64,000 bases of DNA from a bacterium (lineage in GTDB: Bacteria > Patescibacteriota > CPR2 > UBA1875 > JAJYID01). The translations under genes were made by a program, and so were the position numbers. Position 1 is the first letter of the stretch. Each line of letters opens with the position of its first letter. Positions 1-8,419 of the stretch are shown here, one piece after another. The notes under the pieces are model-generated. The model was given only the letters and a program-made list of their open reading frames with translations. It searched no databases and had not been told where the DNA came from. Where the stretch lies: contig JAJYJC010000001.1 in assembly GCA_021796415.1 (NCBI GenBank), forward strand, positions 18,742 to 82,741, given 5' to 3'.

Positions 1-358
1 CGATGCCGCTTTCGATAACCCTTCCGACATCGTAGTTTTGGAGCACATAGCTAAGTCCGGAGACGTGGTCTGCATCCGGATGGGAAACAAAAACGAGATC
101 GATCTTTTTCCTGTAAAACGGCAGGTTTTTGCCAAGGCATTCCAAGACCTTCTTGTCCGGACCGCCGTCAACCAAAGCGCTTTTGCCGTCGGGGAATTCA
201 AGCAAAGCCGCATCCCCTTGCCCGACATCGCAAAAAATAACTTGAAGCGCATGGTGTTCCGGAGTAAAAACATTTACCCAGATAAATAAGAAAGCGACGC
301 TCAGCACAACGAGAACGGGAAAAGAAAATATCTTTTTTGCTTTGCCTTCAGTTTGCAA
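1..358 (-). CDS. ComEC C-terminal metallo-beta-lactamase domain protein. Partial: it runs off the window start. It is a separate ORF or a frameshifted continuation of the ComEC competence domain gene.
   Basis: The minus-strand reading frame stays open from position 358 to position 1. It encodes ...QVIFCDVGQGDAALLEFPDGKSALVDGG...VFVSHPDADHVSGL, a Lactamase_B start that includes the HxHxDH motif. A TTG lies 4 nt after AGGAGG and overlaps the upstream ORF's stop, in a +1 frame relative to that ORF. Confidence 0.55.
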   Translation of the reverse strand, partial: MQTEGKAKKIFSFPVLVVLSVAFLFIWVNVFTPEHHALQVIFCDVGQGDAALLEFPDGKSALVDGGPDKKVLECLGKNLPFYRKKIDLVFVSHPDADHVSGLSYVLQNYDVGRVIESGI

Positions 359-1862
359 GGCGCCTCCTTCTCAGCCTTTTGATTATAAATATAAGCTCAA
401 GAACAATGATGTAGTAAATCACAGCGCTTAAAAAAGATATGCTGATCCCGCTTACAGCCGCAAACGGCAGGGAGGCAAAGAAGTGAATAGCCCAAATTAT
501 GGATTTCAAGGCAAAAAGTGCCGTCCACGAAAAGACGAGGCCAAACCCTTGCCAAACCATACCTATAACAACCGAGATAAATCCAAGCAGCATGACAAAC
601 GGAATGAAAGGAAGAATTACCAGATTGGCCGCAAATGACACCAGCGAGAAAGTGCCGAAGTAATAAATAATTAAAGGATAAGCCATCACTTGGGCTCCCG
701 CCGTCATGGCAAGCATATCTTTTATAAATTCATTTTTTATCTTCAAAACACTTTTGATGAGAGGCGCTAAATAAACGATGCCGATAAATGCGGCAAATGA
801 GAGCTGAAAACCCACATCGAAACGCAGAATAAACGGGTTTAAAATGACCATTATGGCAGCGCTTATGATAATCGCCATCGTCGCCGAAGATTGCCGGCCG
901 ATTCTATATGCAAGCATCATCATCGCCCCCATGACACCGGCCCTAACCACGGAAGACGAAGAACCCGTCATAATTACGAAAGCGATAATGGCGGCAAGAG
1001 GCATATAAAAACTGAGTTTTGCCGACTTTCGCTTAAATATCAGCCTCAAGCCCTCAATAATGACAGTGATATTGAATCCCGAAAGGGCGATTAAATGCGT
1101 GGTGCCGCTTTTTTGCAAGTCTTGAGTCAGCCAGTTTGGCAGATTCCTCTTTATGCCAAGGAGCAATCCGGCGAGAAATGAAGCCTCCGGTTCGGGAAAG
1201 GTGGAGTTAATGCTATTTTCGAATCGATTTCTGATGCCGTAAAGCGCGCCTTTTAGCCGCATCCATGCCGACATCTCACCCGGCGCGCTCTTTGCAATCA
1301 CGGGAAAAGCCATTTCATATGCTATCCCCTTAACCAATAAAGAATTTTTTTTATTATCAGCCGGTTTTTCTATATTTCCTTGAACCGTGACGTAATCGCC
1401 GTAATGAACATTTGTAAAAGGTTTTAGCACCAAGAGGATTTTCGCCTTCTTTCCATTGTCTGCAAGCACAGCTTGTACCGACTTGTCCGTTTGTTCCGGA
1501 GGCTCGGCTATCTGCCCCTCGATTTTTATATTTTCGCCTGTCGGATAGGTGATATTCTCAAAGCTCGCTTGATAGCTTTGAAATCTTAAAACGCCAAGGA
1601 AAAAGAAGGCGATAGCGATCATGGAAATCCAAAGCCACTTCTGCGGAATGAAAGAGATGCTCAAAATAAAAAAGATACCGAAAAGGGCGAAAAGGCTGAG
1701 ACTTGACACATCAAAATAAGGGGAAACAAGAATGCCAAGCATGATGGCACACAAAATAACCGCCGCAAAAACTGCTTTCATGTTTAGATTATGCTTAACA
1801 AGCATAAAATTTTCAATAACCAAATGCCAACGATCAATCAATTTGCAGATACTAAGCCTCAA
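348..1862 (-). CDS. comEC: ComEC/Rec2 competence-domain integral membrane protein (DNA uptake channel)
   Basis: Polytopic membrane protein containing the Competence-domain motif (HLIALSGFNITVI). The MBL domain is encoded immediately downstream in a different frame. Confidence 0.8.
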   Translation of the reverse strand: MRLSICKLIDRWHLVIENFMLVKHNLNMKAVFAAVILCAIMLGILVSPYFDVSSLSLFALFGIFFILSISFIPQKWLWISMIAIAFFFLGVLRFQSYQASFENITYPTGENIKIEGQIAEPPEQTDKSVQAVLADNGKKAKILLVLKPFTNVHYGDYVTVQGNIEKPADNKKNSLLVKGIAYEMAFPVIAKSAPGEMSAWMRLKGALYGIRNRFENSINSTFPEPEASFLAGLLLGIKRNLPNWLTQDLQKSGTTHLIALSGFNITVIIEGLRLIFKRKSAKLSFYMPLAAIIAFVIMTGSSSSVVRAGVMGAMMMLAYRIGRQSSATMAIIISAAIMVILNPFILRFDVGFQLSFAAFIGIVYLAPLIKSVLKIKNEFIKDMLAMTAGAQVMAYPLIIYYFGTFSLVSFAANLVILPFIPFVMLLGFISVVIGMVWQGFGLVFSWTALFALKSIIWAIHFFASLPFAAVSGISISFLSAVIYYIIVLELIFIIKRLRRRRLAN

Positions 1863-1906
1863 ATTTTCATGACTTTCACATAGTGACTGTTTATGCTTAA
1901 TGCATT

Positions 1907-2028
1907 GTCATTCCCGCGCAGGCGGGAATCCATTCAAGATAAGGGGCTCCTCTACTTTCCACTAATGTAGTGACGGCCCGCCTGCCTGTCCGTCCGGCAG
2001 GCGGGCCGGACGGACAGGTCGGAATGAC
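1907..2028. repeat. Hairpin-repeat cluster: one type-A unit plus a long GAATGAC-terminated palindrome
   Basis: gtcattcccgcgcaggcgggaatcc sits at 1907-1931. A second element at 1972-2028 has the stem cctgtccgtccggc/gccggacggacagg and ends in ggaatgac. Confidence 0.7.
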
Positions 2029-2058
2029 AAAATGGGATTTGTGTCGTACAATAATACT

Positions 2059-3006
2059 ATGGCCAGCGTAAATGACCTTGTCAGCGACTTTTTGGAATAT
2101 TGCGAGATAGAGAAAAATCACTCGGATCTGACGATTCGAAACTACGAACACTATCTCGGCAGGTTTTTGGATTTTGCCGAAAAAAACAGAAGTACCGATC
2201 TGCGCCCCGAACAAATCACTCTGGATATGGTGCGAAAATACCGCCTGCACTTAAACAGGCTGACAAATGGTATGGGGCAGCATCTGGCGAAAATCACCCA
2301 AAACTATCATATAATCGCACTTCGCGCCTTCCTGAAATATCTGGCTAAAAGAGACATTAAGTCATTATCGGCTGAGAAGCTGGAACTTGGCGACGCAAAT
2401 AGAAAGCAAGTTGAGTTTCTGGAAATAACCGAGGTGCAGGATCTTCTCTCGGCGCCCGAAAAATATCCGTCAAAAAAAGAGATTATTACTCTTCGCGATG
2501 CGGCAATTTTTGAGACCCTTTTCTCAACCGGCCTTCGCATCAGCGAGCTGGTCGGTTTAAACCGCGAGCAAATTAATCTGGAAAGGGGCGAGTTTAATGT
2601 CAGGGGCAAAGGCGGCAAAAACAGAGTTGTTTTTCTATCAGACCAAGCGTCAAAAAAAATTAAGGAGTATCTAGCCAAGAGAGCTGACAATGCCAAGCCT
2701 CTTTTTATACATTATTCGGGAGTGAAAGAAGATTTGGATGACGGCGAATACATGCGCCTCACTCCAAGGAGCATCCAGAGAATTGTTTCCCGTTATGCGC
2801 ATCTTTGCGGCATCACGAAAAAAGTGACGCCGCATATGCTTCGCCACTCTTTTGCCACCGATTTATTAATAAACGGCGCCGACATCAGAAGCGTCCAAGC
2901 AATGCTCGGCCATGCTTCCATCACCACAACCCAGATTTATACCCACTTAACTAATACTCGACTCCGCGAAGTCCACAAAAATTTTCACAATAAAAAGAAA
3001 AACTGA
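2059..3006 (+). CDS. Tyrosine site-specific recombinase, XerC/XerD family
   Basis: C-terminal catalytic motifs are present (HMLRHSFATDLLINGADIRSVQAMLGHASITTTQIYTHL). There is an N-terminal SAM-like domain. The ORF is open from 2032, but the ATG at 2059 is the likely start. Confidence 0.85.
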   Translation: MASVNDLVSDFLEYCEIEKNHSDLTIRNYEHYLGRFLDFAEKNRSTDLRPEQITLDMVRKYRLHLNRLTNGMGQHLAKITQNYHIIALRAFLKYLAKRDIKSLSAEKLELGDANRKQVEFLEITEVQDLLSAPEKYPSKKEIITLRDAAIFETLFSTGLRISELVGLNREQINLERGEFNVRGKGGKNRVVFLSDQASKKIKEYLAKRADNAKPLFIHYSGVKEDLDDGEYMRLTPRSIQRIVSRYAHLCGITKKVTPHMLRHSFATDLLINGADIRSVQAMLGHASITTTQIYTHLTNTRLREVHKNFHNKKKN

Positions 3007-3009
3007 TGC

Positions 3010-3052
3010 ACTTGCCAAGGGACTTCCCTAGGCAAGTGCTTTTGAACTTTAA
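3010..3052 (+). terminator. Rho-independent terminator hairpin downstream of the recombinase gene
   Basis: gcacttgccaaggga-c-ttccctaggcaagtgc forms a near-perfect stem, followed by TTTTG. Confidence 0.5.
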
Positions 3053-3087
3053 AATCTCAGTGTGAGAGAGAAGATTATTGAAGGTTC

Positions 3088-3190
3088 TCGGCCACGCCTC
3101 CATCATTATAATCTAAATCTACACCCATCTGACCAATAAGCAGGTTTCGTGAAGTTCACAAAAGTTTCTATAACAAAGGCAATAGAACTT
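3088..3190 (+). pseudogene. Degenerate duplicate of the recombinase gene 3' end
   Basis: Positions 3088-3190 align with 2905-3000 (LGHASI..QIYTHLTN..VHK). The copy carries stop codons and a frame shift. Confidence 0.5.
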
Positions 3191-3270
3191 AGATTTCCAA
3201 ATTAGTTTCCTTTTGAAAACCATCCCATTCTTATTTGATGTCCTGTGATTTTGCGATGAACTTTAAGTTG

Positions 3271-4308
3271 TTATTGTTGCCACCTAAGAAATAGACCAAC
3301 ATTCTCTATGAGCGTATCAGTGCCACTAGTCATTGTGAGTTGGCCAGCTCCACCACGGTCTATAGAAGATGATTGTGGGTAAAAAGCATAATTCGGTGTT
3401 ATTGCAGGAGAATTGTCTAATGTTACAACACCTATGCATGTTCCATTTCCATTATCGTCAACAACTTTCAGGGAAGTCGTGCTTCCCGGCCTATATGTAA
3501 GGATAAATTGGAAAGGGCCTGTTCCGGTGCTGGTATCAATGTAAGTTGATGGTAGTGCCGGAGGCAAAGCACTGCCAAGAGCCATTTGCTCCAGATAAAT
3601 TTTTTTATCTTCTATATCTAGGCCGATTGCATTATTATTGCTATCACCTTCAGCTAAACCGGTTTGGAAACTGCCGCTTACGGGATTTATGTAACCGCTG
3701 AAAGTGTAGGCCGAGGCACCGGGGGGCAGATAAAATCCGATGCCTTGATAATCCTTAGATAAATTAATAAATTGATTGCTGTAACCTGGAACATTAGTTA
3801 GAGCCACATTATTATCGTTAAAAGATATTGAATTACCCTGAGTTAATGGGATGTCGCTCTGGCTGCCTTCTATCCTGCGGGCGATATCACCCGCCTCTCC
3901 CTGGCTGTAATAACAATACACATATTCTCCGAGTCTAGTTGTGGAGCAATTACGCGAGGGATCCCAAGGCAGAGGCTGAGAGTCAGTGCCACCAACTTTA
4001 CCTACTTTAAACACCTGAAAATCGTAGGTTGCAGAAGACGTAGAGTCTACGGGATTATTAGATTTTTTACCTGCTGTATCTATGCTGTTTGCAATATAAT
4101 TATTGACCCTTTCCATACCTGCTTCTGCAGCCATATACGCCTGAGTGGAACTATCAATCTCACTTGATTGCCTGATCTCGGTAATAATGACCGCCGTCAC
4201 CGCGCTAACGCACAAAAAGTACAGGCCTATGGCAAGCATTGTCCATAAAAGCACCGTGCCTTTTTGATTTTTCATGACCTTATTGTTTATCATTTTAAGC
4301 TTTCTCAT
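3271..4308 (-). CDS. Putative pilus-assembly protein (PilX_N-like N-terminus), secreted or membrane-anchored
   Basis: The N-terminus (KGTVLLWTMLAIGLYFLCVSAV) resembles PilX_N. It is the first gene of a minor-pilin cluster. Confidence 0.35.
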   Translation of the reverse strand: MRKLKMINNKVMKNQKGTVLLWTMLAIGLYFLCVSAVTAVIITEIRQSSEIDSSTQAYMAAEAGMERVNNYIANSIDTAGKKSNNPVDSTSSATYDFQVFKVGKVGGTDSQPLPWDPSRNCSTTRLGEYVYCYYSQGEAGDIARRIEGSQSDIPLTQGNSISFNDNNVALTNVPGYSNQFINLSKDYQGIGFYLPPGASAYTFSGYINPVSGSFQTGLAEGDSNNNAIGLDIEDKKIYLEQMALGSALPPALPSTYIDTSTGTGPFQFILTYRPGSTTSLKVVDDNGNGTCIGVVTLDNSPAITPNYAFYPQSSSIDRGGAGQLTMTSGTDTLIENVGLFLRWQQ

Positions 4309-4361
4309 ATTTTACTCCGCCTTTCATGCAACATCACACTATCTTCATACTTTGTCCGGCT

Positions 4362-4410
4362 GGATTCCCGCCGGAGTTTATGCTGAACTCTGATTCAGTG
4401 CGGGAATGAC
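4362..4410. repeat. Hairpin repeat (GGATTC...GAATGAC family)
   Basis: ggattcccgccggagtttatgctgaactctgattcagtgcgggaatgac. Confidence 0.7.
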
Positions 4411-4441
4411 AGTGTGAATGGTTTTTAACATTTTACATCCC

Positions 4442-4987
4442 TTAAAGCTCATTGTGCATTATCAGATAATCTTCAAAGTCCATTTTCTCACCCGTGCCGG
4501 CTGAAGTTTCCCCGTTTGGAAGATTTGTTTCTTCTATTTGCATCTGATATTTCAAGGTTTTCGGATAAGTTGCTACAACTCCGCGAGAGACATTAAAACT
4601 GTCGACTTTTACTTGGTCTGTTGTCAAATTGTACGCACCTGAATCCATTTTCAGTTGGTTGCTTTGGCATTCGAAATTTATGGTTGTGCTATCCATCATG
4701 GTTAAGCTTAGCGTATCACCGGTCGAGCAAAGGTCATCTCCTGTCGATAAATTTCCAGAGCCTGTAACACTTACAGCTTTAGCTTCTCTGGTGATTCTTG
4801 AGAAGGTTTCCGAGGCAAATCTGCCTTCATCCAGCATATTGGAGGTCTGCCGGTACTGCGACTGAAGCTTTTGGATGGTTATAAAAAATCCGACAGTCAA
4901 GGTTAGAACTAGAGTAAAAAGCGCCATACTGACAACCAGTTCGACAAGAGTCATCCCCTTGTTATTTAATTTAAATATCTTCATCAT
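4442..4987 (-). CDS. Type IV minor pilin / pseudopilin (prepilin-type N-terminal domain)
   Basis: The N-terminus is KGMTLVELVVSMALFTLVL (a class III signal). Start and stop overlap the neighbouring genes. Confidence 0.6.
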   Translation of the reverse strand: MMKIFKLNNKGMTLVELVVSMALFTLVLTLTVGFFITIQKLQSQYRQTSNMLDEGRFASETFSRITREAKAVSVTGSGNLSTGDDLCSTGDTLSLTMMDSTTINFECQSNQLKMDSGAYNLTTDQVKVDSFNVSRGVVATYPKTLKYQMQIEETNLPNGETSAGTGEKMDFEDYLIMHNEL

Positions 4988-5547
4988 TGTTTTGACATTA
5001 TGGTTGATACGCTTGTGGTAACATCACTGTTCGGACCGGTGACCGTGACCGTGATGTAATAATATCGGTCAGTACAATCATAGTCATTCGGGCTTATCGG
5101 GGTTTGGCCGCAATCAGAGCCTGTTTGAAAATTAGAGCCAGTGATAATAGGGTCGGAACTCAGAAGACTGCTTAAATTTTGAATGGTTATATTTCGCGAG
5201 AAATTGTCGAAATTTGAAATTTTGTTCGGAGTGCCGGTAGTCTGAATGGTTTCGTCGTTCGTGGATTCAGTGTCTCCTTTGATAACAAAATTTGTAGTCC
5301 CAGAAGCAACGCTAGAGCTAATCGATGAAAAGCTGCAACCGATATCGCGCTGATGCCTGGCTATTTCAATCCCTTCTTCCGCCAAAGTATTGGCTTTGGT
5401 GATGTCTGATGAGTTGTAAACCAGATTTTTAGTGGCAACGGTCAGGCTCATCATAGCTGCCAAGGATATGCCAATAATCCCAAAGGCAACGACAGTTTCG
5501 ACAAGTGTTTGTCCTTTTTTGCTCTTTACTATGAAAAATTTCTTCAT
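4984..5547 (-). CDS. Type IV minor pilin (prepilin-type N-terminal domain)
   Basis: The N-terminus is KGQTLVETVVAFGIIGISLAA. Confidence 0.6.
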   Translation of the reverse strand: MKKFFIVKSKKGQTLVETVVAFGIIGISLAAMMSLTVATKNLVYNSSDITKANTLAEEGIEIARHQRDIGCSFSSISSSVASGTTNFVIKGDTESTNDETIQTTGTPNKISNFDNFSRNITIQNLSSLLSSDPIITGSNFQTGSDCGQTPISPNDYDCTDRYYYITVTVTGPNSDVTTSVSTIMSKQ

Positions 5548-6233
5548 TATTTCAACTCCGCACTGCCCGCCGGGCTTATTACAACTTGGTGCGACGAACC
5601 GCCGTTCGGATCAGCGAATGTAATAGTAACTTGGCCTAAATTAAGCGAATTGGTCGGACTCCAAATCTGAGTAGACTGATCTTTGCTCCAATCGCTTGGT
5701 GAAGACATTGCGTAAAATTTACCATATGGACTTGTGAAAAAAAGGTAAAGAGTACCAGAGATTCCATCCGATGCATTACTTGCTGTTACCTTAAGATTCT
5801 GTTTGAAGTTAACGGACGTAGAAGGATCGAGTGGCGTGGTAGTGCCTTGCGTTGGCGTTGAAGCGCCGGTGTCACAAAATGGAGTAACGCTAAGGGGTGC
5901 CGGTGTGGCGGAAGTGTCGATAGACGTCCCAAGCTGGAGTTTAATCATCTTTATAACTGTTGATCTGCCATCACAAACACCTCCGGGATCGCTAATTTTC
6001 TTGGTCGAAACCGCATCCACAAATGCCTGGCGCATCTGTGTCTGGAAGGTATTTGCCACATAATTGATGTAGTTTTCCTGCCTGGCAACCGTAAATCCGC
6101 TAAAGACCAAAATCATCAGAAAAGAAAGGATACCCATCACCACAACCATTTCAACCAGGGTAAATCCGTCCCGAGATGATATTCTTTTACTTAATCTTGA
6201 AACCCTCCGTAACATAATAAAAACCTTTATCAA
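5547..6233 (-). CDS. Type IV minor pilin (prepilin-type N-terminal domain)
   Basis: Contains DGFTLVEMVVVMGILSFLM, with the G|FTLVE cleavage/methylation motif. Confidence 0.6.
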   Translation of the reverse strand: MIKVFIMLRRVSRLSKRISSRDGFTLVEMVVVMGILSFLMILVFSGFTVARQENYINYVANTFQTQMRQAFVDAVSTKKISDPGGVCDGRSTVIKMIKLQLGTSIDTSATPAPLSVTPFCDTGASTPTQGTTTPLDPSTSVNFKQNLKVTASNASDGISGTLYLFFTSPYGKFYAMSSPSDWSKDQSTQIWSPTNSLNLGQVTITFADPNGGSSHQVVISPAGSAELK

Positions 6234-6236
6234 TTT

Positions 6237-6640
6237 GTCATTCCCGCGCAGGCGGGAATCCAGTCAGTCAATGTTATCATATAAATCTTTCCATTTGGGA
6301 TTAAAATCTTCTATAAGTTTCATCTTCCATTGTCTGTTCCACTTCTTGATTTGTTTTTCTCTTTTGATAGCCTCTTCAATGCTATTTGTTTCTTTAAAGT
6401 AAACAAGATTGTGGCATTTGTATTTTTTGGTAAAGCCTTCGATTAAATCATTTTTATGTTCATATGCTCTTTTCTTTAAATCTTTGGTAACTCCCGTGTA
6501 GAGCGTTCCGTTTCTGTCGCTGGCCATGATGTAGACATAGTAGGATTTCATTAATAATTATTTTAACTCAACTTTATACTTTATTTAAGCCTCACGGTTC
6601 TTGCTTAGCTTGACTGGATTCCCGCCTGCGCGGGAATGAC
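6237..6640 (-). mobile_element. GIY-YIG nuclease gene flanked by inverted palindromic hairpin repeats (copy 1, a REPIN-like unit)
   Basis: gtcattcccgcgcaggcgggaatcc sits at 6237-6261 and its reverse complement at 6616-6640. The entire unit is 100% identical to 10616-11019. Confidence 0.7.
6264..6551 (-). CDS. Stand-alone GIY-YIG nuclease (UPF0213/YhbQ-like), copy 1
   Basis: YYVYIMASDRNGTLYTGVT...RAYEHK...GFT is a GIY-YIG motif. The protein is 95 aa. Confidence 0.85.
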   Translation of the reverse strand: MKSYYVYIMASDRNGTLYTGVTKDLKKRAYEHKNDLIEGFTKKYKCHNLVYFKETNSIEEAIKREKQIKKWNRQWKMKLIEDFNPKWKDLYDNID

Positions 6641-6664
6641 AGAGATGAGAATAAATCATTTTCC

Positions 6665-7564
6665 TTATAAAAACATTCTACCATAAACAGCAAGAATTTG
6701 GACAAGAAAGAAAAAGCTTATAAAGGTTCCTGTCACCAGAAACGGCCCAAAAGGAATCTTTGACCCTAATTTTTTCTGGCCGCTAACTAAACTGATAGCA
6801 CCAAAAACTGCCCCCAAGATAAATCCAGCGTACAAGGCGACAATTATTCCCGGCCAGCCCAAAACAAGCCCCATAAAAGCAACAAGCTTAATGTCGCCAC
6901 CCCCCATCCATTTGCCTCCGGAAATCATCGCCAGAATATAGAAAAACCCTCCTGCGACAAGACCTGAGAGTAGATGGTCAATTAAATACTGATAATGGCC
7001 AAGCAGTGCAGTATTAACTCCCACAAATACAAGCCCCAAAACCAAAAGGGTATAAATAATTTCATTTGGAATGATCTGATGCTTTAAATCATAGACAAAA
7101 ATAGCAGCTAACCCGGCAGCAAAAACAAGCCAAAAGAGGAGGTTGAAAATACCCAACATTGACTGGATTCCCGCCTGCGCGGGAATGACAGAGGAAGGAG
7201 CGGGAATGACAGTGAGAGTAGAAGCAGAAAAATGAATAAAGAAACTACCTGCCTGCCCGGAATCCAATCCGGCACCTGATAAAAAATGAGGTCCGATGGC
7301 AGCAAACAAAAACCCCGTCGCCAGCTCCACTAACGGATATTGATCCGAGATATTTGCTTTGCAATATCTGCATTTTCCGCCCAAAACCAGCCAAGAGACC
7401 ACCGGAAAGAGATCATACCACTTAATTTCTTTTTTACATTTGGGGCAAAATGATCTGCCTCCCAAACCTCTGCCAATTTCCAAACGATAAATCAAAGCAT
7501 TCAAAAAACTGCCAATGATAAGGCCAGCTAGAAAAAATAAAGTCAAAACGATATAAAGATGCAT
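6665..7564 (-). CDS. pilD: Prepilin peptidase (A24 family) carrying an in-frame hairpin-repeat insertion
   Basis: Has an N-terminal CxxC...CxxC zinc domain (CPKCKKEIKWYDLFPVVSWLVLGGKCRYC) and GSFLNALIYRL. The segment [17 protein letters not shown] is encoded by the repeat at 7165-7210. Confidence 0.8.
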   Translation of the reverse strand: MHLYIVLTLFFLAGLIIGSFLNALIYRLEIGRGLGGRSFCPKCKKEIKWYDLFPVVSWLVLGGKCRYCKANISDQYPLVELATGFLFAAIGPHFLSGAGLDSGQAGSFFIHFSASTLTVIPAPSSVIPAQAGIQSMLGIFNLLFWLVFAAGLAAIFVYDLKHQIIPNEIIYTLLVLGLVFVGVNTALLGHYQYLIDHLLSGLVAGGFFYILAMISGGKWMGGGDIKLVAFMGLVLGWPGIIVALYAGFILGAVFGAISLVSGQKKLGSKIPFGPFLVTGTFISFFFLVQILAVYGRMFL

Positions 7565-7639
7565 GAGAATATTATAAGTACTAAAAACCCAAAATACAAA
7601 AGGGAATTTCACTTGCCAAGGGACGGACCCTTGGCAAGC

Positions 7640-8419
7640 TTAGCCGCCTAACTTTTGCAAGATATAATCCTTGAATCCCGTAACTCGCTCTATGTCGCTT
7701 GGATTCATCAGAAAAGGCTGCACATCTTTAGCAAGAGCATCAAAATCAAGCGTCTCAACCTTCGAAAAAAGCTGTTTCTTGATTTGCTTCTCGGAATATC
7801 CATGGGCTTTCTCCAGAAAAACATAGTCCGGCTCTGTTTTGCCCAATAAATAAGAAACATCATAAAAATCACGTCCCTTCTCTCGCTTTCTTTCCATGAT
7901 TGCAATAAGTTTCTGAGCCAAAATAACCGAGATGCTGTTCACTAATATTTTCCTGTAAACATCAAAGTTATTTAAAATATAAATTTCCGGCTTCACAAGC
8001 TCGCGCTTCAGCGTCGCATCAATCCGCACCAGAATCTTCTCCCCTTTCTGGCCGGATATACCATGTTTAAACAGTAAATCGGGAAACTTTATATAGCAAT
8101 GATATGCTTCTTTTTCTACGAAACGAAACTCTATCTCAAAGCCTTTAAGCTCCATCGTCTTTGCAGTTTTGTCAAGAAGTGTTTTGAAACCGTCGAAAGT
8201 AAGGCCAAAGTTGTCAAAGTCCAAATCCTCGGAAAAGCGCGAGCTGCCATACACTATTCTGATAGCTGTCCCTCCGATAAAGCTTAGCTTTTCGCTCTCA
8301 TTTTGCTGAAAAATGGAATCCAAAAGTTCATACTGCAGGTATTCGACCAAAGCAGCTTTTGGATTTTTTCCAAACACATCGCCTGGAAAATTCGTTTTAA
8401 TTTGCTCCATCGTTAGCAT
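7640..8419 (-). CDS. AbiEii-family nucleotidyltransferase toxin (type IV TA / abortive infection)
   Basis: Contains FIGGTAIRIVYGSSRFSEDLDFD, a DUF1814/AbiEii-type motif. Its start is adjacent to the stop of the upstream partner gene. Confidence 0.6.
   Translation of the reverse strand: MLTMEQIKTNFPGDVFGKNPKAALVEYLQYELLDSIFQQNESEKLSFIGGTAIRIVYGSSRFSEDLDFDNFGLTFDGFKTLLDKTAKTMELKGFEIEFRFVEKEAYHCYIKFPDLLFKHGISGQKGEKILVRIDATLKRELVKPEIYILNNFDVYRKILVNSISVILAQKLIAIMERKREKGRDFYDVSYLLGKTEPDYVFLEKAHGYSEKQIKKQLFSKVETLDFDALAKDVQPFLMNPSDIERVTGFKDYILQKLGG

Noticed and set aside
38-289. 83-aa plus-strand ORF at the window start
   Set aside because: It lies antisense to a minus-strand frame that encodes a clear metallo-beta-lactamase domain (SHPDADH). 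It is a shadow ORF.
1897-2250. 117-aa minus-strand ORF
   Set aside because: It reads through two hairpin repeats (the peptide WIPACAGMT is repeat-encoded) and overlaps the recombinase gene 5' end. The same repeat-encoded peptide occurs in another spurious ORF at 38273-38479.
7108-7305. 65-aa minus-strand ORF inside pilD
   Set aside because: It is an alternative-frame ORF that spans the in-frame repeat insertion and has no support.
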